In this document: positions 23,903-34,910 of the stretch, one piece after another
How positions within the stretch are numbered: the first letter of the stretch is position 1
Layout: every line of letters begins with the position of its first letter
Source of the DNA: Psilocybe cubensis
Taxonomy: Eukaryota
Direction: 5' to 3'
NCBI GenBank assembly: GCA_017499595.2
Contig: CM038999.1
Span: forward strand, 930,001 to 994,000
DNA: 64,000 nucleotides
Made by a program: the position numbers and the translations under genes
The notes under the pieces: generated by a model
Databases searched by the model: none
What the model saw: the letters and a program-made list of their open reading frames with translations, nothing else
What the model was told of the DNA's origin: nothing

Positions 23903-25362
23903 ATGAAATCGGTTACTCTCATTCTTTTGGCAGTCACCCTGGCGCGGGCCGCACCCGTCCTTAGCCCCTGTAACACTGAAAGGGCCCTCGGTACCGTCGA
24001 CTCCTGTACGTGCAAGTATTAAACATTAAAGACTTAAATATCGGAATTAACAATACCGGTCAATTTCCAGTCTCATTAAGCACACGAAACAACGTCGAAA
24101 TCACACAACCCTTCCTCAAACGAAGCGTCTTCGCGCGACAAGACGATGACTTTGATGATTCAGGGGCTGACGACGGTGAGGATGACTCTGGGGATGATGA
24201 TGGCTTCGACGACGGTTCCAATGACGACGAAGATGACGGCGAGGATGACTCTGGAGACGATAGCCTAGACCAGTCAGGCGGTGATGACGGCTTCGACGAC
24301 GGAGACAATTCCGGAGAAGATGCTGGTCTCGACGATGGCACAGACAATGGCGACGATAACGATACCGGTCTTGATACCACTGACGATGGCGACGACAGCT
24401 CAGATAGCCTTGACAGTGGGGACGGCGGCGCAGACAACGGCGACGATGGCACAGGCGATGCCGATAATGGACTCGACGAAACTGATGGCCTGGACGGTAC
24501 AGATGACGGAACCGATGGTGCAGATGATGGTACAGACGACACAGACGATGGCTCAGATACGGCTACAGACGGCTCTGACGCAGAGGACGATGGAACCGAC
24601 GATACAGCTGATACGACCGACGGGACTGATGATACCACTGACGCTGGCGACCTCACCGGGGCGAGCAACAGCACAGATACCAGTGATGCGACTGGTTCCA
24701 CTGATGATTCGACAGACTCCGACGATTCCACAGATGACAGCAGCGCTACCAACTCTACAAGCACTGCTACACCCAGCGCCGCTGCGTCCAACACCCAGTC
24801 TACAGCCGCTGCAGCACCACCCGCATCCAATGCCAACTCCGACGCAAATGCCAATGCCAACTGTGCAGCAGGCGCTACCGCCCCCAACGCTGCCACCATC
24901 TCTCTAATCAAACAATTTGAAGGCTTCGTCCCCAGCCCGAAACCAGACCCAATTGGCCTTCCAACTGCAGGATTCGGACACAAATGTGTCAAAGCCAACT
25001 GTGCCGAAGTACCATTTTCCTTCCCGCTTAGCCAGGATACCGCTACGCAACTTCTTGAATCCGACGCATCCAAGTTCGTAAACTGCCTTCACGGTCTTAT
25101 CGGCAAGAACGTCGTTCTCAATGACAACCAATTCGGCGCATTGACAAGCTTCGCATTCAACCTCGGCTGCGGAACTGTTCAAACCTCTACTTTGTTGAAG
25201 AGACTGAACAACGGAGAGGACCCTAACACCGTAGCGGCTGCTGAGATCCCCCGGTTTAACAAAGCGGGAGGAAAAGTTTCCTCAGGTCTTGCCAGACGAC
25301 GCGCTGCTGAGGTTTCACTATTCCAGACACCTTCTGGTACAACAGCTCATCCTCTTTGCTGA
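23903..25362 (+). CDS. Secreted GH24 (phage-type) lysozyme/muramidase with ~200-aa Asp-rich N-terminal arm; intron 24006-24070
   Basis: Signal peptide MKSVTLILLAVTLARA and KR-SVFARQ site. C-terminal domain LIKQFEGFVPSPKPDPIGLPTAGFGH has the E-x8-D-x5-T triad; also NQFGALTSFAFNLG and GLARRRAAE. TATAAAA at 23782. Confidence 0.92.
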
Positions 25363-26138
25363 TTTCTCTAACATTTTTGTACTCATTCTAACATGACTTT
25401 TCAATTATCTTCTTTACTTTACGAAAGGAAGGAACGTACTAGTTGTGCAGCGCAATAAAATTATGTCCAATCTTGCTTTTCTTTGGTTACCGGGCATTGC
25501 GGAGGGAGGTAAATGTTTTTGTGCCACATGCGTCATTTCGACGTGGGAAATTCAACACGTCGCCGCTTGATCTCCGGGACATTGCGTATGGAAGTTAGCG
25601 CGCGGGTTGACTTGAATAACTCAACAGCAAAGCGTCTCATAAAATCCTTTCTGTCAAACCAGCAGACATTTTCAACGAGATTTGAACTCTTAGCGACATG
25701 CCAATGAATTAAATATAACTAAGTTAGCTGCAAACCTCCAGAGAAGCGGGCCATTTCCCATTGAAGCCTTCATAGTAGACATGATTTATGAAGACGTTCG
25801 ACAGGGCCGATTGCTGAAAACGCCTAGATTTACGGCATTTGAGGATAGGGGATTGGATTCACATTCGACTTCAGATGTGAAAATCTTTCAAACTTCAATC
25901 AAAGAATTTTTGACTCATTGACTGAACACTGGGTGCTTACTACGATGGAATTTCAGAGCAAAACGCAGACTAAGAGAAATCTGATAACCCAAATAAGATA
26001 CTGCTTAATTGCGTATGCGCAAACTAGATTCCTTTCATTAAATAACAAAACTACCAAATAGCTTCCAAACCTATTAGGTGGGCTAAGATGCATAGTTGGA
26101 TCTAACCTAATATCTAAACCAAGGGGCATACCATTGAC

Positions 26139-26169
26139 CTAGTGAATTACAACTAGTGAATTACAACTA
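26139..26169 (+). repeat. Perfect 14-bp tandem duplication (CTAGTGAATTACAA x2 + CTA) just upstream of a TATA box
   Basis: Read directly. TATAAAA follows at ~26194. Confidence 0.85.
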
Positions 26170-26263
26170 TGAGCTCAAGAGGTAACTTGAAAGTATAAAA
26201 GGAGAAGTTGGGCGCAAGATACATCAGAGCAAGTAACTCAAAAAACCTGCCTCAAGATCAAGT

Positions 26264-27482
26264 ATGTTGAATGGTGCTTTTTCAACTCACTTCAACAAGG
26301 AAAGCCAACTAATTTTCCGAAAACTTTGTAGCATTTTGTGCAATCTGGGCAGTAGCTGTACACCTGGTCGCAGTTGCCGGCCTTGACTTCACCGGCGCTC
26401 AGGTCATTTGGTTTCCAGACCGCGACGCTGATGGAGTCACCTATCCTGCAGGCAACGCTACGTTCCGTCGTGACTACTACCCACCAGCTGGCCAGACTCC
26501 CCTCTCCGCAGAAATTTTGGTCTCCGTTGACGATGACTTCACCCTTTTCGTAAACGGTGCCCAAATTGGAACTGGGAGCTTGATTGCATATCGGTTCTGT
26601 GTACCCCTCGTACCCGACTGTAACGTCTTCGCAATCCAGGCTGAAAATCGCCCCCTTCCAGCGCCAGCCAAATCTAACACGGGAAACAAGGCTGGCGTTA
26701 TTGCCGCCATAAAAGTTCGCTACAGCAATGGCTTCACAGATACCATCGTCACCGACAACCAGTGGCACGCCATTCTTGGAGCACCCGCAGGATTTGCACA
26801 GGTTGCGTTCGACGATAGCGCATGGCCCGCTCCATTTATTGAGGGAGCACCTATGGCTCCAGGCGCCGTGCCTTGGACAATGACCCTCCCTGCCGAGAAC
26901 CAAGATCCTGGCCCGGATCTGACCGCCGCGTCATGGATTTGGTCCTTGGACGAGACTAAGGTCGCCACTGCCCCTGTAGGAGGCGTCATATTCCGCAAGG
27001 TGGTCACTCTCCCCCCGGGTCAATATGCAGATACCATCACAATGGACGTTGGCTGCGATGACCAGTACACGATGTATATCAACGGTCAAGTGGTGGGCTC
27101 CGGGACGGACTACCAAACCACTAAACGCTACCAGGTTAATTTCATGCCCAGCAACACCATTACCATCGCTTTTTACGCAGCAAACGCCGGTGGCCCGGGC
27201 TGGTTAATAGCCTCGGGGCAAATCAAGGGTTGCGCCTGCGGATGTGGTAACACGGCCCGCGTGAATACGGATTCTACCTGGAAGTTCAGCAGTGCGACTC
27301 CTTTCCCCACTTCGTTTATCAACCCAGGATTTGACGACTCGAGCTGGGCACAAGCAATTAGTCAAGGCACTTACACCAGTGCTACGCTTTGGAACAAACC
27401 TGCACCTCCCACCAAAAACAGCCCCCAGGGCGGTCCCGTTCCTGGAGCACCCAATGCACCACCCGCCACTGTTGTTGTTTGA
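26264..27482 (+). CDS. Secreted lectin-like protein with two CBM67-like jelly-roll domains (Pleurotus ostreatus lectin-like); intron 26274-26331
   Basis: Spliced N-terminus MLNAFCAIWAVAVHLVAVAG-LDF is a signal peptide. Internal duplication: VIWF..TFRR..SVDDDFTLFVNG..AGVIAAI..VTDNQW..FDDSAW and WIW..IFRK..GCDDQYTMYING..GWLIASG..NTDSTW..FDDSSW. Confidence 0.75.
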
Positions 27483-27910
27483 GAAGCGAGGGAGAGCCTG
27501 GAAGCAAGAAACCGTAATAACATCATTGTAAAGTTGTCGTTAGAGCACTTACCTATTCAATGAAGACGAATTTCTGAAAGCCACATACATCCAGTCAAGC
27601 GTGAATTATTTTTCTCTCGGTTCGGATATTTACTTGATTATTATTCCGGGAAAGTGCAGCAGACCGATCGTTAATATCCCTGGCGACGGTGATGCAACGC
27701 TATACTTAGGCTTTGGTCTATTATTCTGATCAAGATACGCAACCTACCACACAAACCAGAGCATCCGTTTCTACCTGTCATACCATCTGAAACAGTGAAA
27801 TCACCCGTATAAAGTGCCAGAAATCCTTGCAAACTACCCACCACTGGATTTCTGGTTCGCCCTTGCTTTAATTCCTTTGCTTTCGACTCCTCTTGACGAG
27901 GCCCTTTAAT

Positions 27911-28642
27911 ATGAAATCATTCACATTTATTCTCCTGTCCATCATTCTCGCGCAAGCCGCTCCAATTACCATCGTCAACCCCTCGCTCACCGAGAAAACA
28001 CTCGGTAATACCTTTGGCGCCTGTACGTGCTCTTCAGTAAAATCATTCTTGTTTGCTTAACTGGCAATTGTGTTAGTGGACCTCAGAGCCGGCATAATCA
28101 AACGAGTAATCTTTCCGAGACAAGATCTAAGCGCCAACCTATCAAACGAACCTGATAGCGGAGATGATTTGAGTGCCGGCCTTTCCAGTGAACCCGACAG
28201 TGATGGAGACTTGAGTGCCGGCCTTTCCAACGAGCCGAACGATGACGGCAATCTCAGTGCAGGCCTTTCAAACGAGCCAGATGATGATGGTGACCTCAGC
28301 GCAGGCCTATCCAACGAACCGGATGATGATGGTGATCTCAGTGCAGGCCTTTCCAACGAACCAGACGATGATGGAGATCTAAGTGCCGGCCTCTCAAATG
28401 AGCCAGACGATGATGGAGATTTGAGCGCAGGCCTCTCGAATGAACCAGACGATGACGGTGATCTCAGTGCAGGCCTTTCCAGCGAACCAGACGATGACGG
28501 AGATTTAAGTGCCAACCTTTCCAATGAGCCAGATGATAGCGACGACTTGGGTGCGGCGCTCGGCGTGGGAGATGACGACGAGAATGATGGTACAAGTCTC
28601 GCGGGGTTTGACCGTGGCTTAGAGGTGCTGAAGATGCTCTAG
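27911..28642 (+). CDS. Secreted acidic repeat protein, 10 x 14-aa units (DLSAGLSNEPDDDG); intron 28023-28076
   Basis: TATAAA at 27808, signal peptide MKSFTFILLSIILAQA, and in-frame splice to LDLRAGIIKRVIFPRQ followed by the repeats. Variation between units is mainly synonymous. Confidence 0.85.
28124..28543 (+). repeat. Coding tandem repeat, 10 units of 42 bp
   Basis: Units such as GATCTCAGTGCAGGCCTTTCCAACGAACCAGACGATGATGGA, with third-position variation. Confidence 0.95.
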
Positions 28643-29830
28643 ACGCTACCCTTGGAGGGACAGTTTATAGAGTTTCTGGGACTCGAAAGTCAGAACAGTG
28701 ATAGAACAAACCTTGCGTTATATTAGCCAAAACATAATTGAACAATTTCTAGCTAGACAACACAAGGACATCATGTAGGCTTACAGAACTCACCCAATGG
28801 TGAGCTGATACGAAGTATACAAGTCGGTTTGCCTTGGTGCAATATATATACCCAATTGAAGGCAATCTTTAACCTGGGGTAGAGTTTCCGCGTAGCTGTC
28901 ACTGGTCAGAACATCTGGCCCGTAAATTTGGAAGTTCGCCGAACCTCATCCTATGAACCTCCAACACTGAACCACGGATATCACTATGTTATTAGTCTAT
29001 GTGTTAAAATATTAAAATCAGTGTCAACAAATTATACCGTGCTTTTGAATCCTCACGTTTGGGAGTTGAATAATATCTTTTGCTTCAAGGTTTCTTCTGG
29101 CTTGTCGCAGATCATGGGGAGCAGAAACCGTCATCGTGCTGTCCTGCAGAATGCGTCAACATCTACAAGTGGTTTTACCATTTCGCCATTTTGTATTGGT
29201 CTTCAGAGAATAAATTTCAGAAGTGCTCGTTTCTGTGAAACGCAAACAAATCGGATACAATAGGGAACGCACTTCAATAAATACACTTTGCATGGGTGCA
29301 AAGCTCGCAGTTCACGTTTACAATTCGCGGTTCGGCAGCAGTTCAACGAACCGACATGTCTGCAGTGAGATGCCCTCAAACCTATATAACCCTACTCCTT
29401 TCTTGGACCGGATCATGAACCGAATTCCCTACCCCAAAGAAAGTCCAACAGACATTGTTTACATCTGTGGTCGGCCTCAGGTGATGATGACGGACACAGG
29501 ACGTGTCGCAGTTGTTGAGGCTCCCTGTGGTAGATAGCCGCTATCTTTATCAACACCCTGCCGGCTAGAGGAGATTGTGTATCAAATACGAGAATCGACA
29601 GCGAATGCAGGGACATTTATATAAAGGAGAAGGTCAAACTTGCTGTTCCAGTTCAACAAAACCGTGTGAAACCACGCTAAATATTATGGCCGGTCACCGA
29701 ATCAAAATGACCTCCGATCCCGGCCTGTTGCAACGCTTCCATCATAAGAACGGGTCGGCCATTTTCCATGTTTTCTCCTTCTATTTCCACCACAGGCCTC
29801 TCCTAGAGGCCCCCCAGCGACGACACCAGA

Positions 29831-31922
29831 ATGCACCACCTAGTCAACGTAGCCTATGATCCAGCAAATCAAGCTAGCCAGTCAGCGCTTGCCATGGCAC
29901 CAGGCGACTTACTCATCGAAATTGCCTCCTTTATCGAGAACCGCTTAGATGTGTTAAATCTCTGCCTTACCGTGAGTACAACACACCACACAATCCTATG
30001 GCAAATAACGACAGCACATTATAGTCTAAATACGTCTTCACTAACGTATCTGCAGTGCTTTATGAGACAGTGGTTTTGCAATCTGTGGAGCAATGCTGTA
30101 TGACGCTCAGCATGCTTTCCCGACGCCCCGACATCGCTCGACATGTGCGACGGCTTGTTGTGAGGCCTCATGCGAGCAAACCGCACATGACAATCCTCGA
30201 AAACATCGAAGTTGCAACGGCAGTGAGAAACATAGCGTCAGGGATGTGTTTGGATGCCCTGGTGAGGTTCCATTGGGATGCAGATGAATTGCCGATGCTG
30301 GATGATATGTGGTTCGCTTTACGCATGGGGTATGTCTGATGACGCTATATTGTTTTTCAAATTTGTGCCATTGACGCCGTCTGTTGTGTCTGTTGTAGTT
30401 GTCCACAGCTTCGTTTCCTTGGGATCTCAGTTGGTGCAACCATTCCGCAACCCAAGAGCCATGTTCGTTTTAGAGTCCCTTCATTCCTCCTATCACTCAA
30501 GACAGTTATTTTTAGCTTTATGATTTCAAGGACCTCTTGGGATTTTCTTTGACTCTTAAGCATGGATTTTTCGATAATCAAATCGATATGTTTGTGGATG
30601 GTTCGCATTTACCAATTTTTATACGATTTTTGAGCTAAATAGGCATTGTTACAGAAGAACATGCAGTGTTGCGAAAATTCTGGGATATGTTGATTCACCG
30701 TTGTCCAAACCTAGAAGAACTCGGGATCGACGGCTACTCAAGTGTGCCAGCAGATGTTCATTTAATCTTAGAAGGACGCTGGCCTTCCCTGCGAAAACTG
30801 ACACTAGGCGACGTGTGTGTTGATTGGTTCAATCGGTCCATCAGCCCAGGGGAGAAGCGCCCGTTTATCACTTTTCTCGAAGCACATCCGTCCCTTAAAT
30901 CCCTCAGTTTATCTCGACATACCATACAAGCCATCCACTTCAACACTCTGGAGCCTGGCTCGTTACCTAACGTCACACGATTTTCGGGAACTCATCAACA
31001 ACTGCAGGCTCTTCCGCATCTGCATCGAATGATCGAGTATGTCACATTCCGCGATCCGGTAGAGACAAGAGATGTTTCCGCTCCTACTGTGGCTAGCCTG
31101 TTGCGAGATTTGCCCTCACTTATGAGTCTCAAAATCGCGTTCACATTGCACTCTATGTACGACAGCGGGAACCTACTTCGGTCACTTATACAATCTTGTC
31201 CTATGTTGCGACATCTAGAGCTCACCTGTGCTCATAAACCATCTTTTCAGCTTGTAAGTTACGGTTAACTTTCGTCTCTCGACCGTCATGGCTCAATGTT
31301 AGTTACTTTTAACTAGGATACGTTTGCAAAGACAATCCGAGGCTTTCCCAAACTTCGATCCCTTCATCTCACCATTGTCAAATATCCGGGCGATGAAACG
31401 CTCGTGTCCGGCGCAACACGAATTGCACAGTCCAACCCGCGTCTGCAAACGTTCTCGCTTACATTTATTCCTCCTGTGTATCCTGTCCCGCTTCCTTTTT
31501 CTTTCGCCCTTCCCAACCGCACTCTCATCCCCTTTGCCTTGCCTGTGCGCGCGACGGGGGTATTCGAGGTGGCTTGTGACGTTCATGGACTGCCCCTCAC
31601 ACTGACAGGGACGGAGTACTGCCGCTTCGTGTGGCCACTCGGGCTCGGCGTATCGACTCGCACAAGAAAGTATAGCACTGACCTCCGGCCCATGGGATAC
31701 CCGGGGCGTCATCGGAAAACGGGCGTGCTTGGGGTGCTATCGCTGCTGGTCGAAGGAAGCTCTGCCGGTGAAGAGATCAGGGTGTTAGTATTTTGTGCAT
31801 TTTTAACCGTGCTCGCGGCGTTTGGGATTGCAGTGAACGGGTCGAGCGGGGGAAGTCGGTCACGGACGCTCGCACAGGCAGGTGCGAGTGTTGCTGCTGC
31901 CGCGAACGGTGTCCAGGAGTGA
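29831..31922 (+). CDS. F-box/LRR-like (RNI-like) protein with a C-terminal hydrophobic segment, multi-exon
   Basis: F-box-like APGDLLIEIASFIENRLDVLNLCLT|SK..LYETV; LRR-like CPNLEELGI, WPSLRKLTL, HPSLKSLSL and CPMLRHLEL; C-terminal IRVLVFCAFLTVLAAFGIAV. Confidence 0.75.
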
Positions 31923-32798
31923 TTCGGGAATCATTCTGTATGGGATGGATGCCTTATATTCCTGAGAGATACTTATAGTTGGAAATCTTGTAAATCGTTG
32001 TTGAATTGCTTTTCGATATCTTACGTATATTTTTAGTGTAGATCTTTCCTTCATTTATTACTACAATGTCGTACATTAGATACTGTAAAATTAAACATTC
32101 TGTATTCGAGTAAGAAGTCTTTTAGACGGTTTGGATCACACAAAAAATGTACACGTATTTCAGAGCAGTGAATTGTGGACACTGTTCGTTTTAAACCCAT
32201 CAAGTGCTAGCCAGGTCCCGTCCCCCCCATTAATTGGAGGGTTTTCCTCAAAAGCACCAATACATAAAGGTGTGAGAAAAACTTATGTCATCCGATTTTG
32301 GCCGACGTCACTTCGCCGTGTTCAACAATTGCATTCCATGTTTGATACCGCATTCTAATCACTAGCTGTCTATGCAACATTCAATGCACTTTGCGACCCT
32401 GTGAGACAGAAGTTTTACTTTCAGGACTTCGCATCAATTTCGCAACAGATAATGTTGTACAAAGACAATTATGGACCCCGGGGACGAACAGCTGCTCACC
32501 TTCATCTGACCACCCAACTCCCAAATATAGTTCTCCCCAATTGATTGACAGATTATGGAGGTGCTCGGCAGGTAACTCATCACAACCAAAGCCTGAATGT
32601 GATAAGCTTCACCGATACAAGCCCTTTATAACCACCTATGGGATTCATGAAACCTTCTTCCAGAAGATACAACATCACATAACCTATGCACGGCCGGGTT
32701 GCATGGGTGACCTTTGCAAAATCAGAACGTCATTAGCTGGTCCTACTTAAGATGCCTTCCATGTTCTTTTCGTCTCTCGCGACTCGCTCTCCGCGGCA

Positions 32799-34608
32799 AT
32801 GGACTCCGCTTCCGATGTGGCTGCTCTAACGGAGGCCCTCCGACAGCTGTATCTAGTGCGGTATATGCGCTGTAAGTGATGACTTTGATTCATGAAAATG
32901 CGATGAATATTTCAACTCTAACTGATGTTCTGATTCAGTGGTTGCACATACAATCATCGCTTTTGAGTACTGTAAGGGGAAACAATCAATAACCATACGC
33001 TAAAAGTATTGATCACTGATAATGACCCGGTACAGTTTCGACTTTGGATATGGAGGTAATGCCATACTATCCGCTACGCTTAGTCTGGCTTTAACGTTCT
33101 TTTCCTCAATTGATAGGTTGCACTCATTTGGGTGAGTCCGATTGGAGGAAACGGCCTAACAGTATGATCTAACGGAAGGTTTATGACAACGATCAGAAAA
33201 GCAAATGGTCTCTGCCTAAAGTTTTATATCTTCTAGTGAGTATTCGAGACTAAGAGTGCAACAGCTAAATACTCATTTGTGGTCAATGAAATAGATAAGA
33301 TATTATTCTGTCAGTGCTGCGGGGTGAGGTTCCTAGCTTGCGGTAACTTGACATTTTTAACTTGGTTGGAACATCAGGTTCGGGGCATACGGTGGGTGAA
33401 TATGTGCTTATGATAAACGCCTGTCAGCTGATATACTCTGTCATCAAAGGTGTACTAACTACTGATGTGAATCATTTGTAAGGCTAAATGTTGTTTCACA
33501 GAGATGTTTCTGACAATCTCGCCCGACTAGATGTGCGTCTCAATAAAGAATTGCTTCACCAATCCATTGACACACAACAGGCGTTCCATTTGTGCGATGG
33601 GAATCTTTGACAGTTTTAATCACTTCGCTTCTATCACATGGTACGTGAAGATTCGTAGAGGGTAGAGGTGTTGAGTCGTTAAGTCAAATGTACAAAATCC
33701 CATCAGGAGTCCTTCAAATCAGAGTTTATGCTCTGTATGCTAGAAGCAAGAGCATTCTACGGCTCATGTTGTTCATTTTCTTTTTCTGTGGAATTGCGCT
33801 GGTGGTTATCATCGCTTATGACGTCAGATCCGCAAATGATTGTCAGTCTTGCAACCATTTCTACACACTGTCTCTCTAACACATCATCCTAGCACATCCA
33901 ATTTACATTCCAGGCAATAATATCTGCTCCACCACACTTCCCCGTTTCTCATATGCTTTCTTCATACCGCTTATCGTCTTCGAAGGAATGCTCTGTACGC
34001 TGGTCATTATCAGAGGATTTATTACTTTTGCCGCCGAGCGTAAAATTCATGGTGTTGGGATGACACTGGTGAATATCGTAATCCGCGACTCCCTGATGAT
34101 GTTCATGGCGTAAGTGATTTCCCTCCATCGTTTTGTTTTTTAAGTGTTATTAAACCCCCGATTCTTCCCGGCTATCTAGGCTTGTGATCACTTACATGGC
34201 CACATTGGCAGTGTGGCTTGTCAATGGAACGGTAGGATCCATCTCACTTCGCTGTTCCATGAATAATCTATTCACCGAGGTGTACCCATACAGACAACAA
34301 ATGTCCTAATAACTGCTGCCTTTACTGTCTCGATGGGTAGTGTTTTCAGCTGTCGGATGATCATCAACCTCCGAGCTGCAGCAGTCAAGCAAGAGGGTCA
34401 GACCGTTGATCGTGTCCAGCTTTCATTGAAGTTCCGACATTTGCGAGGCCTCAGAACTGTTACGGACACAGAATCGTCAGGAGTTCGTACTACTCAACTA
34501 GATGACGTGGCACCAGAATCCATGGATACTCTCACATTTCCATCGAGGCGCAGAGTTATGTTTCTTCATGAACCAGGAATACAGACAATAGCCAGGGAGA
34601 CACAATAA
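32799..34608 (+). CDS. DUF6533-type multi-pass membrane protein encoded by about 14 small exons
   Basis: Manual splice gives MDSASDVAALTEALRQLYLVRYMRLVAHTIIAFEYFSTLDMEVALIWKSKWSLPKVLYLLIRYY..C..GVLQIRVYALY..IVIRDSLMMF..SCRMIINLR, which is the family pattern. Confidence 0.85.
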
Positions 34609-34910
34609 ACACGGATGGAGAAAGTACTCCACCTGCCCTCTAAAACATGTAACACATCAAAAAAAGGTCGCTATACCCAGACGCAGGGTGTATAGACCAG
34701 CGAACGCTGGTGCTCGAGCTCATGCGTCAACCTCCGCATCTGACGGAAAGCAGTTTCTGGATGCGCTTCATGCGAACGTTAGTGTGTAATATTACATACA
34801 ACTCGGACTAGATATTTATGTATTACTTATCTCTATGGATCTATAAAACTGTACTCATTGCTCCCAAAAAAACCAATCGACGGAGAAATAGGCTCTGGCT
34901 AAACCAAACT

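Noticed and set aside
24060..25073. 337-aa antisense Ser-rich ORF (and 28057-28524 antisense repeat ORF)
   Set aside because: Shadows of the GAC/GAT-rich coding strand.
28124..28543. CRISPR array or classical Kex2-processed repeat (KEP/dikaritin) precursor
   Set aside because: No unique spacers and a eukaryotic coding context; no dibasic sites between units and no DUF3328 oxidase nearby.
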